Below are positions 13,181-23,814 of a DNA stretch of 64,000 bases, one piece after another. Source of the DNA: Podarcis erhardii (Eukaryota). The stretch is from assembly GCA_964252035.1 (NCBI GenBank), contig OZ176200.1, one strand, 5' to 3'. The position numbers and the translations under genes were made by a program. The first letter of the stretch is position 1. Each line of letters starts with the position of its first letter. Under the pieces are notes generated by a model. That model made no database searches, was not told the origin of the DNA, and saw only the letters and a program-made list of their open reading frames with translations.

Positions 13181-14021
13181 TTTGCTTATCTTTGACACAT
13201 CACCTCTAGCAGCTGCCTGGAACTACATGGTGATAAGTTCATTGTGCACCATTGCTTGCTTGCCTCTTTCTGACCCCATCGGGGCCTTCATCCTAAATTT
13301 TGTGAGCAAAGGTCTACTCAAGGCATAAGGCCATATCTCCTCCCCCTTCATGTTGCTGTACCCTTAAAAAAATCTGTCCCTGAGTTTTGGCATTTGCTCC
13401 AGAATAGTATGGGATGTAGCAAAGGGACTGTAGCAAGCCAGCGGGTATCAACAAAAGTTGTGCACCCTCTCTTGTGTATGCAGGATTGCCTTCCTGGTTC
13501 AGATCCAGTCAGTTGTAAATAGTCATTTGCCATATGATTCTGACCCAAGCACTATTTGGGCATTCCAGCTCACACAGTGTGAGTGCACAGCACTTGGGGT
13601 CACATGTGTTTCCCTCCCCATGTCACTGTGGCCCATGCCACCCCCTCCCCAATGAGGTTTGCATGTTTGAGAGGATATCAGCAGCCTACCAAACATTTGT
13701 AGGCTCTCCTTGTGACCTGCAATCCTGAGTGCTCAGGATTGCAGTTCATGAGGACAATCTACATGCATTTGGAAGGCTGACCCTACAGGCATCCTCCCAA
13801 ATATCTCAAGCATCATTAGGGAGGGGCTCATGTGAGGTGTCATAGGAGCTGGGGTGAAGGACTGTGACTTGGCTTATCCAGTTAGTATTCTGTGAACCTT
13901 AATGTCTGACTAAGGCTACACATACACAACCTGTCCCTCTTGCAGAAGCCAGTGGGTGTCCGTTTTTAGTTCACACTTGGCTTTTACAGATGTTCAGATG
14001 ATTTCTTGTTTTTGCCTCTAG

Positions 14022-14090
14022 CAACTTCATGCAATAATTGCAGCATCTGTCTCAATAAAGTCATCTCAGAAACTCAAGAAAATCCTAGAG
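14022..14090 (+). CDS. FMNL2: FMNL2 FH2 exon (QLHAIIAASVSIKSSQKLKKILE) with GC donor
   Basis: tctag acceptor; 69 nt; ends GAG|gcaagt (non-canonical GC donor) and joins in frame to [10 protein letters not shown]. Confidence 0.93.
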
Positions 14091-14285
14091 GCAAGTGTTT
14101 ATTTTGTTTATTCAATGTTGTTGTTTTTTTTAAAAAAAAATTGGTGGTAAAAACACACCCCCTTAAACAGTAGTCTTTAGGGGGCTATATATTTAAGTTA
14201 AAATGACCCCTTTCCTTTTTATTACAGAATGTTATGTGTTATTAGTTGATGCTTACAATTTTTCCCACCCCTATGATTTCCATAG

Positions 14286-14366
14286 ATAATCTTGGCTCTG
14301 GGTAACTATATGAACAGCAGTAAACGAGGAGCTGTTTATGGATTTAAACTGCAGAGCTTAGATCTG
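14286..14366 (+). CDS. FMNL2: FMNL2 FH2 exon ([27 protein letters not shown])
   Basis: catag acceptor, CTG|gtaagt donor, 81 nt; hallmark formin GNYMN motif. Confidence 0.96.
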
Positions 14367-15020
14367 GTAAGTAAGGGGAAATATACCCCCAGTGGACTTG
14401 AAAGTAGCTTTGCTTGGAAGATTGTTTGCACATCCCCATTTATTTGCACAGCCTGTATGAACAACAGTGTTCTAAGCATCCTTTTAGTGAGTTGTCAGTG
14501 AGCTAGGGAAGGAATGGAACCATTGGCTTAGATTTCTAATGTCATATTGTCAAGACAAAGGTAAATTCCAGTTCCCCATAACTTCATTACCCTCCCCTGG
14601 TTTGTTTTCTCACCATGATTAAACTCTTCCTTACCACTAACTGCATCAGGTAGACCCCCTGTACAGATTTGCAATGGCAGAGAAGTCTGTTTAGCACTCC
14701 CCTGTCTTTTCTGCCAGTTCTAGTTATGAGTCTCTCCACTTTCTGGATAATAGCATTGGACCATTCATAAAAGCAATATGCGATGGACCCTGTTGCTAGG
14801 GGTGGGGAATGAATGCCTCTAATGACCTGTAATAAACAATAATTACCAGTGCTATGAAAATACACCAGACAGATTTAATAAGATAACAACATTGATTGCT
14901 TTAATGGCCTATAGTTTTCCTGATTTAGATTATTCTTTTCCTTGTGGTCGTCTTCTGACAATATGATGAATTATCATGTTTAAGTAACATAAATAAATTC
15001 AAAACTATGGGCAACAATTG

Positions 15021-15156
15021 CAGGGGTCCTAAAATCCTTTACCTGTGGTCCTCCAGATGTTATTGGACCTCAGTTCCCATCAACATGGCAAATGATCAGA
15101 GATGATGAGAGTTCTGGTCCAACATCATCTCAAGAGTCACATGTTCCCCTCCCCTG
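15021..15156. mobile_element. Short hAT-like MITE (CAGGGG...CCCCTG)
   Basis: Terminal CAGGGG/CCCCTG and core ccagatgtt..ggac...cccatc...gatgatg.gagtt...catct. Related decayed copies near 15235-15320, 18990-19085, 33395-33500, 38590-38665, 48020-48150, 53690-53730. Confidence 0.6.
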
Positions 15157-15425
15157 ACCTGTAACATTCATACAGGGCTATGATATCTTCATTGCATTGC
15201 ACTTACTTCATTGTGTCATGTGTCTATTTCAGTGACCCTCCAGATGTTGTGGACTCCAACTCCCATCAGCCCCAGGGGTGGTGGGATTGTAGCTCAGCCA
15301 CATCTGGAGAGTTATAGCTTTTCCACCCTTGGTATACAGGCAGATCATGGGTTGGCTGCTAAGGAAAGTTAACTCAAGGATGTTGAAGCCAAATCTAACA
15401 TACTTCTTTTGCCTCTTCTTTGCAG

Positions 15426-15555
15426 TTACTGGACACAAAATCAACAGACAGGAAACAAACTCTATTGCACTATATATCAAATGTTGTGAGAGAGAAATAT
15501 CAGCAAGTATCGCTTTTTTACAATGAGCTTCACTATGTGGAGAAAGCTGCTGCAG
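15426..15555 (+). CDS. FMNL2: FMNL2 FH2 exon ([17 protein letters not shown]...VEKAAA)
   Basis: tgcag acceptor, GCAG|gtaac donor, 130 nt phase 0-1. Confidence 0.95.
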
Positions 15556-16487
15556 GTAACATAGCCAACATTCATTTCCCAAGTACTTAAAAGCAGGTTC
15601 AGCTATGTTCTGTGGATACTGTAATACAGTAATGCACCCATGTCCTAGGGAAAGCTACCTGTTTGGAAAAGATACCACCTTGCAGAAGACAGGTGGGCAT
15701 CTTAAATGTTGTGGGCACAATAGGATACAGAAGCATCATAATTTTTAAATGCCTTCTTGGTTCTTGTAGCACACTGTTCCCTAAAGCTGACATGAGCCTT
15801 TCCTCTTTTCAGTAATTGGGCTCCCACACAGTTTGTGTAAAGTCCTTAACTTCAGGTGCAAGAGATGCACATCCTGTTGGAAGGCACGTCTTGTAAATGT
15901 TGTGTGAACATACCGAACAGAAAGGATCCTTCCGACAGAAAACTTTACACATAGAGAAATCTTTACTTGGAAGGGGCATGGTGCCCACCTGACAAAATGG
16001 CCCACGAGAGGTGGAGGAGATCAGATCCTATTCTCCTACTCCGTTCCACATGGTCAGGGTAGAAACTGTATAGGAGGCATCAGCCCGACTGGAGCATGTG
16101 CATCTATATTGTAATGGTGGTTTAAAACAATACCTTCCCTGAACTACTCACCTTCCTTTTGTTTGATGCATCTCCCCCCATCCCATCTCATTCCTAGCCT
16201 TTCTGTTCCGTTCCAGTTTTGTCTCTTGGATGCAAAATATAAGCTCACTGGCCTGCAATTCTGGCTTGTGTGTGTGAGACCCTCCATTGTTGGCTTCTCA
16301 ATTTTAATAGTAGTAGCAGGAACAACAACCACACTTTAACAGAGATTCCCCAATTAAAACTATCCAGGGTCTCAGGCAGCTATATCTCCAGGCTTTGCTA
16401 CGTGAGATCTGTCTAACTGGAGATGTTAGGGCTCAATTAGGCAATGCGTAGTAACATTTTGACTGTCTTTCCCCTTCCACCCTTTAG

Positions 16488-16651
16488 TATCCCTTGAAAA
16501 TGTTCTGTTGGATGTAAAGGAACTCCAAAGAGGTCTCGACCTAACGAAGCGAGAGTACACCATGCACGATCACAACACCATGCTGAAGGAGTTTATTCAG
16601 AACAATGAAGGGAAACTGAAGAAGCTGCAGGATGATGCAAAAATAGCTCAG
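16488..16651 (+). CDS. FMNL2: FMNL2 FH2 exon ([16 protein letters not shown]...DDAKIAQ)
   Basis: tttag acceptor, CAG|gtattc donor, 164 nt phase 1-0. Confidence 0.95.
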
Positions 16652-16819
16652 GTATTCTGTGTATCCCAGCAGTTGTTCAGTGGTCTAGCTTTCAGGAACG
16701 GAGAACTTTTGTTACCTTTTTCAAGCTCAAAGATGTTCCTTTTGGAGTAGGCGCGACAAGTATTCACTGATTCCCCTGTTCTAGTGTAGTGTTGTATAGT
16801 TAAGAGTGTCTAAATGAAC

Positions 16820-17099
16820 GAGAGCCAGTGTGGTGTAGTGGTTAAGAGTGGTAGATTTGTAATCTGGGGAGCTGGGTTCGCGTCTCCGCTCCTCCACATG
16901 CAGCTGCTGGGTGACCTTGGGCTAGTCACACTTCTTTGAAGTCTCTCAGCCCCACTCACCTCACAGAGTGTTTGTTGTGGGGGAGGAAGGGAAAGGAGAA
17001 TGTTAGCCGCTTTGAGACTCTTCAGGGTAGTGATATAGCGGGATATCAAATCCAAACTCCTCTTCTTCTTCTTCTTCTTCTTCTTCTTCTTCTTCTTCT
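16820..17099 (+). mobile_element. tRNA-derived CORE-type SINE (Squam3/MIR-like) with (CTT)n tail
   Basis: Box A TGGTGTAGTGG, box B-like GGTTCGCGTC, CORE motif tgggtgaccttgggctagtcac, simple-repeat tail. Confidence 0.85.
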
Positions 17100-17312
17100 G
17101 AGCTTAGGCCAGTCATTCCCCCTCAGGGGGAATAGAAGGGGAACAATGAATGCTTCTCTGTGCTGCTTGAAGAAGGAAGGGTGGTTGAAAAAAAAACAAT
17201 AGAACGTGTTTATCCTTTTGTAGTATTGATGTGACATCTGTCACTGAGAGTGACTTCACACCTTATGCAATAGCATTTCATTTAGTGGCATGTGCAATCA
17301 TGCACCCTTAAA

Positions 17313-17314
<2 letters not shown>

Positions 17315-17379
<65 letters not shown>
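17315..17379. repeat. Compound (TC)n(AC)n microsatellite
   Basis: Read directly. Confidence 0.95.
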
Positions 17380-17380
<1 letters not shown>

Positions 17381-17900
17381 CTATTTTCCAGGGGAAACAC
17401 ACAGATACTTAATGTTTAGTAGCTCCACTTAAGTTTCATTATTTACTTTCTTGGTTAAAATAATAATGGTAGAAACAAGTTTCTTCCTTTTATCTGTTCT
17501 GAACCTGCAAAAGGCAAAAATGGTTGAGTAATCCCAGCACAAGAGGGCAAATTAACAGCAGTACATGGCAGAACTTCAAAATGCCTATTTTCAAACTGCA
17601 AGTTTATACTTGGAACTGGGATTTTTCTTGCTTTCTAAGGAAAGACCTGAAATTGCGCACTTTGCAAAACAGGTTGCAAAGCAGGCCTCCCTTCTGTTGC
17701 ACTGGTAATAGAGGCTCCAATGCACCTACACTCTTGTCTCTGCTGCTTCCTTCCTGATTGCTTGCCACCTGATCAGCCTTCAGCTTGTGGGGGGTGGTTT
17801 CCTTTTCGTGGGTTAAACACCATCTTGCATAGTTTGGGTTATGCCTTGAGATTTGTTGAAATGAAATATATATATATATTAAAAAGGCTCTCTTTTACAG

Positions 17901-18002
17901 GATGCCTTTGATGATGCTGTGAAGTATTTTGGAGAGAATCCCAAGACGACACCTCCATCAGTCTTCTTCCCAGTCTTTGTTCGATTTGTGAAAGCTTACA
18001 AG
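17901..18002 (+). CDS. FMNL2: FMNL2 FH2 exon ([34 protein letters not shown])
   Basis: ttacag acceptor, AAG|gtaaac donor, 102 nt. Confidence 0.95.
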
Positions 18003-18100
18003 GTAAACAAAAGTTCAGTTCACTTCTGTTATTCTTACAAATGTGGCCACACTTTCTAACCAAAGGCTCCCTCTGTGGTTTTGTAGTTTCCTTAGCAAAT

Positions 18101-18230
18101 ACACAGATAGCTCAGTCGGTAGAGCATGGGACAGTTAATCACAGGGTTGTGGGTTTGAGCCCCATGTTGAGTGAAAGATTCCTGCATCGCAAGGGGTTTA
18201 TGATCCTCGTGGTCCCTTCCATATGATTTA
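18101..18230 (+). mobile_element. tRNA-Lys(CUU)-derived head joined to a CR1-type 3' tail (SINE)
   Basis: tagctcagtcggtagagcatgggacagttaatcacagggttgtgggtttgagccccatgttg aligns to tRNA-Lys with many substitutions; followed by ttcctgcatcgcaagggg...ggtcccttcc. Confidence 0.75.
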
Positions 18231-18489
18231 TATGAAAGAGCCTTAAGGTTCCATCTTTGGAAAACGTGTCCCAGAACAAAGGCCAGATTGAAACTTGCCC
18301 AACCTCTTGGGGACTGCATTCCAATGATGACTGGGGCAAAATGAAACAAAATCCAACAGGGGGTAAGAGAAGACAAACACACACCAGACATCAGGAACAC
18401 ACAGCACTCCTGCTGTGTTACACACATTCAGACATGCAGAGGTCATGCACGCAGGTATACATGTGGCTGGAAAGATCTGCCACTAGGTG

Positions 18490-18670
18490 ACTTCAAAAGA
18501 GAGGGGGAATAAGGCCGTTAGTGACTCCTAGCCCTGATGACTATGCTCTCCACTGTCGGAGGCAGTATGCCTCTGAATGACAGCTGCTGGGAATCACAAG
18601 AGGACAAATTCTTGAAGAAATTCTTGGGAGAATTTGCCGTATCATGCCACAACAGGAAGCGGCACATCCA
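18490..18670 (+). mobile_element. CR1 LINE 3' fragment (degenerate)
   Basis: gatgactatgctctc...ggaggcagtatgcctctgaat...gctgctggg, complementary to the 5550-5830 copy. Confidence 0.6.
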
Positions 18671-18788
18671 AGTTAAACTGGCTTTAATGAATTTGTATTT
18701 TGCTGAGTGAGCTAAAAACGAATCCCATTTTTTTGAAGTCGTTGCGAACTCTAACCAGTGTGTGTATTTCATTTAAAATTGTCGATAG

Positions 18789-18887
18789 CAAGCGGAAGAG
18801 GAGAACGAGTTGAGGAAAAAGCAACAGCAGGCATTGATGGAAAAACTTCTGGAACAGGAGGCACTGATGGAGCAGCAAGACCAAAAG
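18789..18887 (+). CDS. FMNL2: FMNL2 exon ([33 protein letters not shown])
   Basis: gatag acceptor (weak pyrimidine tract), AAG|gtagca donor, 99 nt. Confidence 0.92.
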
Positions 18888-19869
18888 GTAGCAAACAAAC
18901 AAGCCATTAATCGATTTTGGTTACGTGCACTGATAAAGTGGCACGTGTTGGTCCCGTGAAAGAGATCGTCTTATTGCAGAGCAGCCGATGTGGTGCAGTC
19001 CAGATATTATTGAACTCCAGTGGTTAGGGATGATGGGAGTTGTGGAATACACATCTGGAAAGCACCACCTTGGTTGCTGCTGCCTTATTGGCTGAGACTG
19101 CTTCTCTGAGTCTTTGGGATCGGCAAGGAACCAACACTCCAAACAACTTTCTGTCAGGTGTTTTCTCTGAGAGATAACTATTGAAGCTCTCTGTCTCATA
19201 GAGACATTTTAACAAGGCAGACATACAAGAAACTTACAAGGAAACCAGAGCAGTTTCATGTGTATGCCCTTTCCTGTTATTCCTAAATCTCAGAAAGGTG
19301 TTTATTCTCCTAAAGCCATTGATACAATGCTTGGAATTTGCCCTGTTTGAAAGATGCTTACTGAGAAGTAATGAGCATTTGTCTCGGCCAAGCAATTCGA
19401 TAATAGGAAGACATTCAGCACATAGTCACCCATAAGTATGCAGTGACCAAATGTGAAGGAAGGCTAGTCGGAAGAGGCTCAAAGAAAACGCAGTGGCAGA
19501 AACGGCCGTTTTGGGTTGCATCTAGCATTTTCCAGAGTTCTGCTTGGCATATGAGACCCTCTCTTCCATGATAATATATTTTAACAATGCAATTAGGAAT
19601 TTTCACCATGCAAGGTCAGGCTACACAAAGTGACTTCTACAGATATTTGCACAAAGCACCCCCACCTCCTGTAATGTCAGGATTGTGTTCCCCACTTTTC
19701 CAGTGTCTTGGCCCTCATGGCAGCTTTACAATTGCCATTGATATTGTGTAGAACAATAAAAAAGAAACAACAAAAACAAAAACGATCAGCATGACAATGT
19801 ATAAATAACAAAAACTAGCTAAAAGCAGATTAAGTGTTAGGATGTGACAAACAAGACAGACCACACTTG

Positions 19870-20250
19870 ACATCTAAACAGTAATAATCATGGTGCCAGA
19901 TGGGTATGCCTGGGAATAGCAATCCATAATCAGGGAGCCACCACATGAAAGGCCCTTATTTTGATTAACCTCAGAAGGCCAGGACCCCCTGAGACAGGCC
20001 TCAAACATTGTTCTCTCAGCCGAGAGGTTGGTGTAGGAAAAGGTGGTCTTGTAGATACTCTGATCCCAAACTTTTCAAAGTTTCATAGGTTAGAACCATA
20101 ACTTCCCATTCCCCCCCCCCCGAAGTGAACTGGGAGTTAGTGAAAATGAGTGCAGGTGAAATATGTGTAGGGCTGGGGAAAGAAAGACAGGGTTGACCTA
20201 GTGGTTCTAACTCTGTACGGGGCAGGTACCTAAGTTACACCTCAAAGAGA
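19870..20250 (-). mobile_element. Degenerate L2 fragment
   Basis: gaaaggccct...gtaggaaaaggtggtcttgtagatactctgatcccaaac...tttcataggttagaacc, a decayed reverse L2 RT C-terminal region. Confidence 0.5.
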
Positions 20251-20312
20251 AGAGCAGCTGTTTTCAGCATCTTGTTGGCCACTCCTTTTTACCGTCCTTT
20301 GCTCCCTTTCAG

Positions 20313-20436
20313 TCTCCGTCTCATAAAACGAAGAGGCAGCAGCAAGAGCTGATTGCAGAGCTAAGACGGCGACAAGTCAAGGACAATAGACATGTGTACG
20401 AGGGGAAGGATGGAGCTATCGAAGATATCATCACAG
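20313..20436 (+). CDS. FMNL2: FMNL2 exon with WH2-like/DAD start ([20 protein letters not shown]...GAIEDIIT)
   Basis: tttcag acceptor, ACAG|gtaaa donor, 124 nt phase 0-1. Confidence 0.95.
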
Positions 20437-20738
20437 GTAAAATAATAATAATGAGGAGGAGGAAGAGGAAGAGGCTGTTCCAAAGTGCCCCTTCATAGCT
20501 TTCACTTTGCAAAGCTCTAACATAGCTTTTTAAAGTGTTATAAATTGATTTAAGTGACAATAATCACACGTATCAAGTCATTTAACAAATGGTGCACATT
20601 ATATAGCGCTCAGGGTTTCAGGCCTGTTCTTTGGCAAGGCCTCGTTGACATAACATTTGTGTATTATTTAATTTCTCCTTCACTTCAGCATGCTCTCATA
20701 ACTCAAGCTGTAGACCACGTAGAGCCTTATTAGACGTA

Positions 20739-21059
20739 CAGTGGTGCCCCACAAGACGAATGCCTCGCAAGACGGAAAACCCGCTAGACGAAAGGGTTTT
20801 CCGTTTTGGAGGTGCTTCGCAAAACGAATTTCCTATGGGCTTGCTTCGCAAGACGAAAATGTCTTGCGAGTTCCTGCGGGGTTTTCCCCCCCCTTTTCTT
20901 AGCCGCTAAACTGCTTATCTGCTTATCTGCTAAGCTGCTAAAAGCAGCTAATAGCGCTAATAGCGCTAAGCCGTCAATGGGCTTGCTTCACAAGACGAAA
21001 AAACCGCTAGATGAAGAGACTCGCGGAATGGATTCTTTTCGTCTTGCGAGGCACCACTG
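20739..21059. mobile_element. Tc1/mariner MITE, second family, 321 bp
   Basis: TA|CAGTGGTGCC-CACAAGACGAA...TTCGTCTTGCGAGGCACCACTG|TA with internal GCAAGACGAA repeats. Confidence 0.88.
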
Positions 21060-22025
21060 TATTTTTGCAACAGGTGCATGCCTTGCAAATCTTTGAGTAT
21101 TTTTGATCCATGTGCAAAGCCACTGGTGTTGAGCCTTGCTTTTAAAAGCTCTTGTTTTGTCCTTCAAGTCCTACTAATGGTAATTGCTCCAGCATTAAAT
21201 ATGTGACGGAGGACAAAATTGTGTGATTTGGATTTGTTGAACGATTTTGAACTTCAGAGCTGCATATTCCTCTTGCAACAGACTAATACTAGTCCCTTTC
21301 TGCAATCCATAATTGAACGCAATAGGCTGACAATGGCTGGGTCTAATTTATAGCAGCCATGACAAGTACAGTATGGGCAAACTACTCCTGCAACAGACAG
21401 GTGATTTGCTGAAATCTGATTTAGTGGCTTCTGTGACAATCACAGAGTGGATGAAAACAGCAGCAGCTAATTGTTAATAATTTCTCCATAATCAGCAGTA
21501 ATAGGTCCCTGAGTATGAGTAATACCAAATGCAAGCAACAAATACGGTGGGTTTTAAAAACATCCATGCACAGATGCATGGATCCTATCCAGCCAGGACT
21601 TCACTAGCATCTTATGTCTCATTTTCAGTGGTAAATTTATGGCTGATTCCTGACTGAGACTTCGCCTAGGGTTTACTTTGCCCACTCTGTTGTTGTGTGA
21701 TTTCATTTCACTAAGTTCCAAGAGCAGTCCATCAGAGTGCGAGAACAGCCATGCAAATAAATGTTGTGCTGAGATAAAAGTGTGCACTTCATCACGCCCT
21801 TGTTCATACACCAATTTTACCTTTAAAAAACACACCCCAGTAACTGTTGTGATTTGCAGAAAGATAATTCTACTGGTAACCCAGCCAAACAAATCCTATT
21901 GTGGTTAAATGACTGAATAAGCCACCTCAGGGTGTCTTTAACAAAGCACTAACAATGTACTAATACAATAGATCTTTGCTTCTTACTGTATATTCTGTCT
22001 TGTCTGGCTGTTATTTTCCATGCAG

Positions 22026-22117
22026 TGCTGAAGACTGTGCCCTTTACTGCTCGAACGGCCAAGCGTGGCTCTCGTTTTTTCTGCGAACCTGTTCTCACAG
22101 AGGAATTCCATTACTAA
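22026..22117 (+). CDS. FMNL2: FMNL2 alternative C-terminal exon ([30 protein letters not shown])
   Basis: Long pyrimidine tract + tgcag acceptor, phase 1, TAA at 22115-22117; matches the known FMNL-family alternative C-terminus. Not in the ORF track. Confidence 0.93.
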
Positions 22118-22758
22118 ACCTTTCCTCTTTCACACCCAACGCTCTTTAAAAAAAAAACAAAAAGGTTGCTGTAGGTTTTTGACGTTTCTCTGCAATATAG
22201 CTGTTTGAATGGATTAGTGATGTTTGGCAACTCGTCGGAGTCATATTTGACATCGCTCATCTCATTGCATGTTTTTGCCTGTCAGGAACCTTTTTTTGGT
22301 TCCCTTCCATCCTCCCAGTGACCGTTTGTTCTACCTTCCGCATTTCAGAGTCACCCTGTGGGCTCAGCGCCATAGAGCAGCAAGTGATGGAAGTCACAGA
22401 AATGTCCTCAAGGCCCATGGTGGCTGCGCTTCAAGCCAGCCACCACAATTTGCAAGGGATGGTTGTGGGTTGTAATGGCAAATGTGATGGACAGTTCACT
22501 TGGCTTTTCTGTGTCTTCTCCTCTGGGCTCTCGCACCTCCTTTACTTCGTGACTTGATCTATGTTGCATGAGTCCTGTTAAGCCAAGCCTATCTCTGGAA
22601 GCAAACCTAGTATACATCAGTGAGCCAGGCTGAATGTTTATGGGCTTTGTTTTATGGCATGTAAAATGAAGTCACTGTTTTGTGATCTGTGAGCACCTAT
22701 TTCCACATGGGTCCTTCTAACCATCGCTTGCATGTTTGTGTTTGCATGTGTGAACAGG

Positions 22759-22769
22759 AATAAAATAAA
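22759..22769 (+). terminator. Overlapping tandem AATAAA, candidate poly(A) signal after the alternative FMNL2 exon
   Basis: gAATAAAATAAAt about 640 nt after the TAA at 22117. Confidence 0.4.
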
Positions 22770-23642
22770 TGTGGTCATGGTCCCCGCACCCACTCCCTTT
22801 GTTTTTCACACCCACAGTCGTTAGCTTCAGTTCCATGGCAACTTAATGGGAAATCTCCTTTGAGCCAAGTGGTAGCCTCACTTAAGATAGCATTCTGCCT
22901 TTGATCAGTTCAGTCCTTCGTAATAGTGGAGGCTGGGCAAAACCCAGGACCCAGGCAGACCATGGTTCTGAAAGCAGGTCTTGACTTCTGAGCCCAAGCC
23001 ATAAGAAATAAATTTTAAATAATTCTCATGCTACGCTCATCTAGAGCCAAGAAACAAAGATTGAGGGGCTGGATGAAGAAACTACTCAGGCAGCAGATAA
23101 GGCCTAGTGAAGCAATATGATCAAAATTGCCTTGCCATAGAAGATACCCTGTGTTATTGTCATGGAATTGGATCCATTAACATCTTGCACTGTAGAATGT
23201 TTTTTAAAAAGGAGTGCTGTTTACGCTGCATGTGTCTGTCAATGCTGTTGTCTTTGATACAAGAACCAATCATCTTAAAGCAGCATTTCATTTCCTACTG
23301 GTGTAATATGTTTTAATGGGGAGCTTTAAAATAAGAATGCTGCCTGTTAACTCCTCTTTTGCTCTTTCAAGTTAATTGCTGGACAGTCATCCTGGAGCCA
23401 ATGTTCAAAGCAGCTTGGAATTTTATTAGTAAGAGGCTTACAATGGCCACCTCTTTCCTTCCCGTTCTTTTTTAACCTTCTTTAAGCCTCCACCTCACCC
23501 ACTTTTGCTTTACTTGCTAACATGTGTGGCTTTTTACATTTATTTTTTTTAAAAATAAATATATTATTATTTTGCTTTTTGGGCACAGAATTGAGTTGCT
23601 CTTCATGTTCCATCCCATTTTTAACTTAACCATCATTCTGTG

Positions 23643-23814
23643 NNNNNNNNNNNNNNNNNNNNNNNNNNNNNNNNNNNNNNNNNNNNNNNNNNNNNNNNNN
23701 NNNNNNNNNNNNNNNNNNNNNNNNNNNNNNNNNNNNNNNNNNNNNNNNNNNNNNNNNNNNNNNNNNNNNNNNNNNNNNNNNNNNNNNNNNNNNNNNNNNN
23801 NNNNNNNNNNNNNN
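23643..23814. other. Assembly gap (172 N)
   Basis: Run of n. Confidence 0.99.

Noticed and set aside
18101-18173. Functional tRNA-Lys gene
   Set aside because: Acceptor stem, anticodon loop and T-loop are mutated, and it runs into a CR1 tail rather than a T-run terminator.
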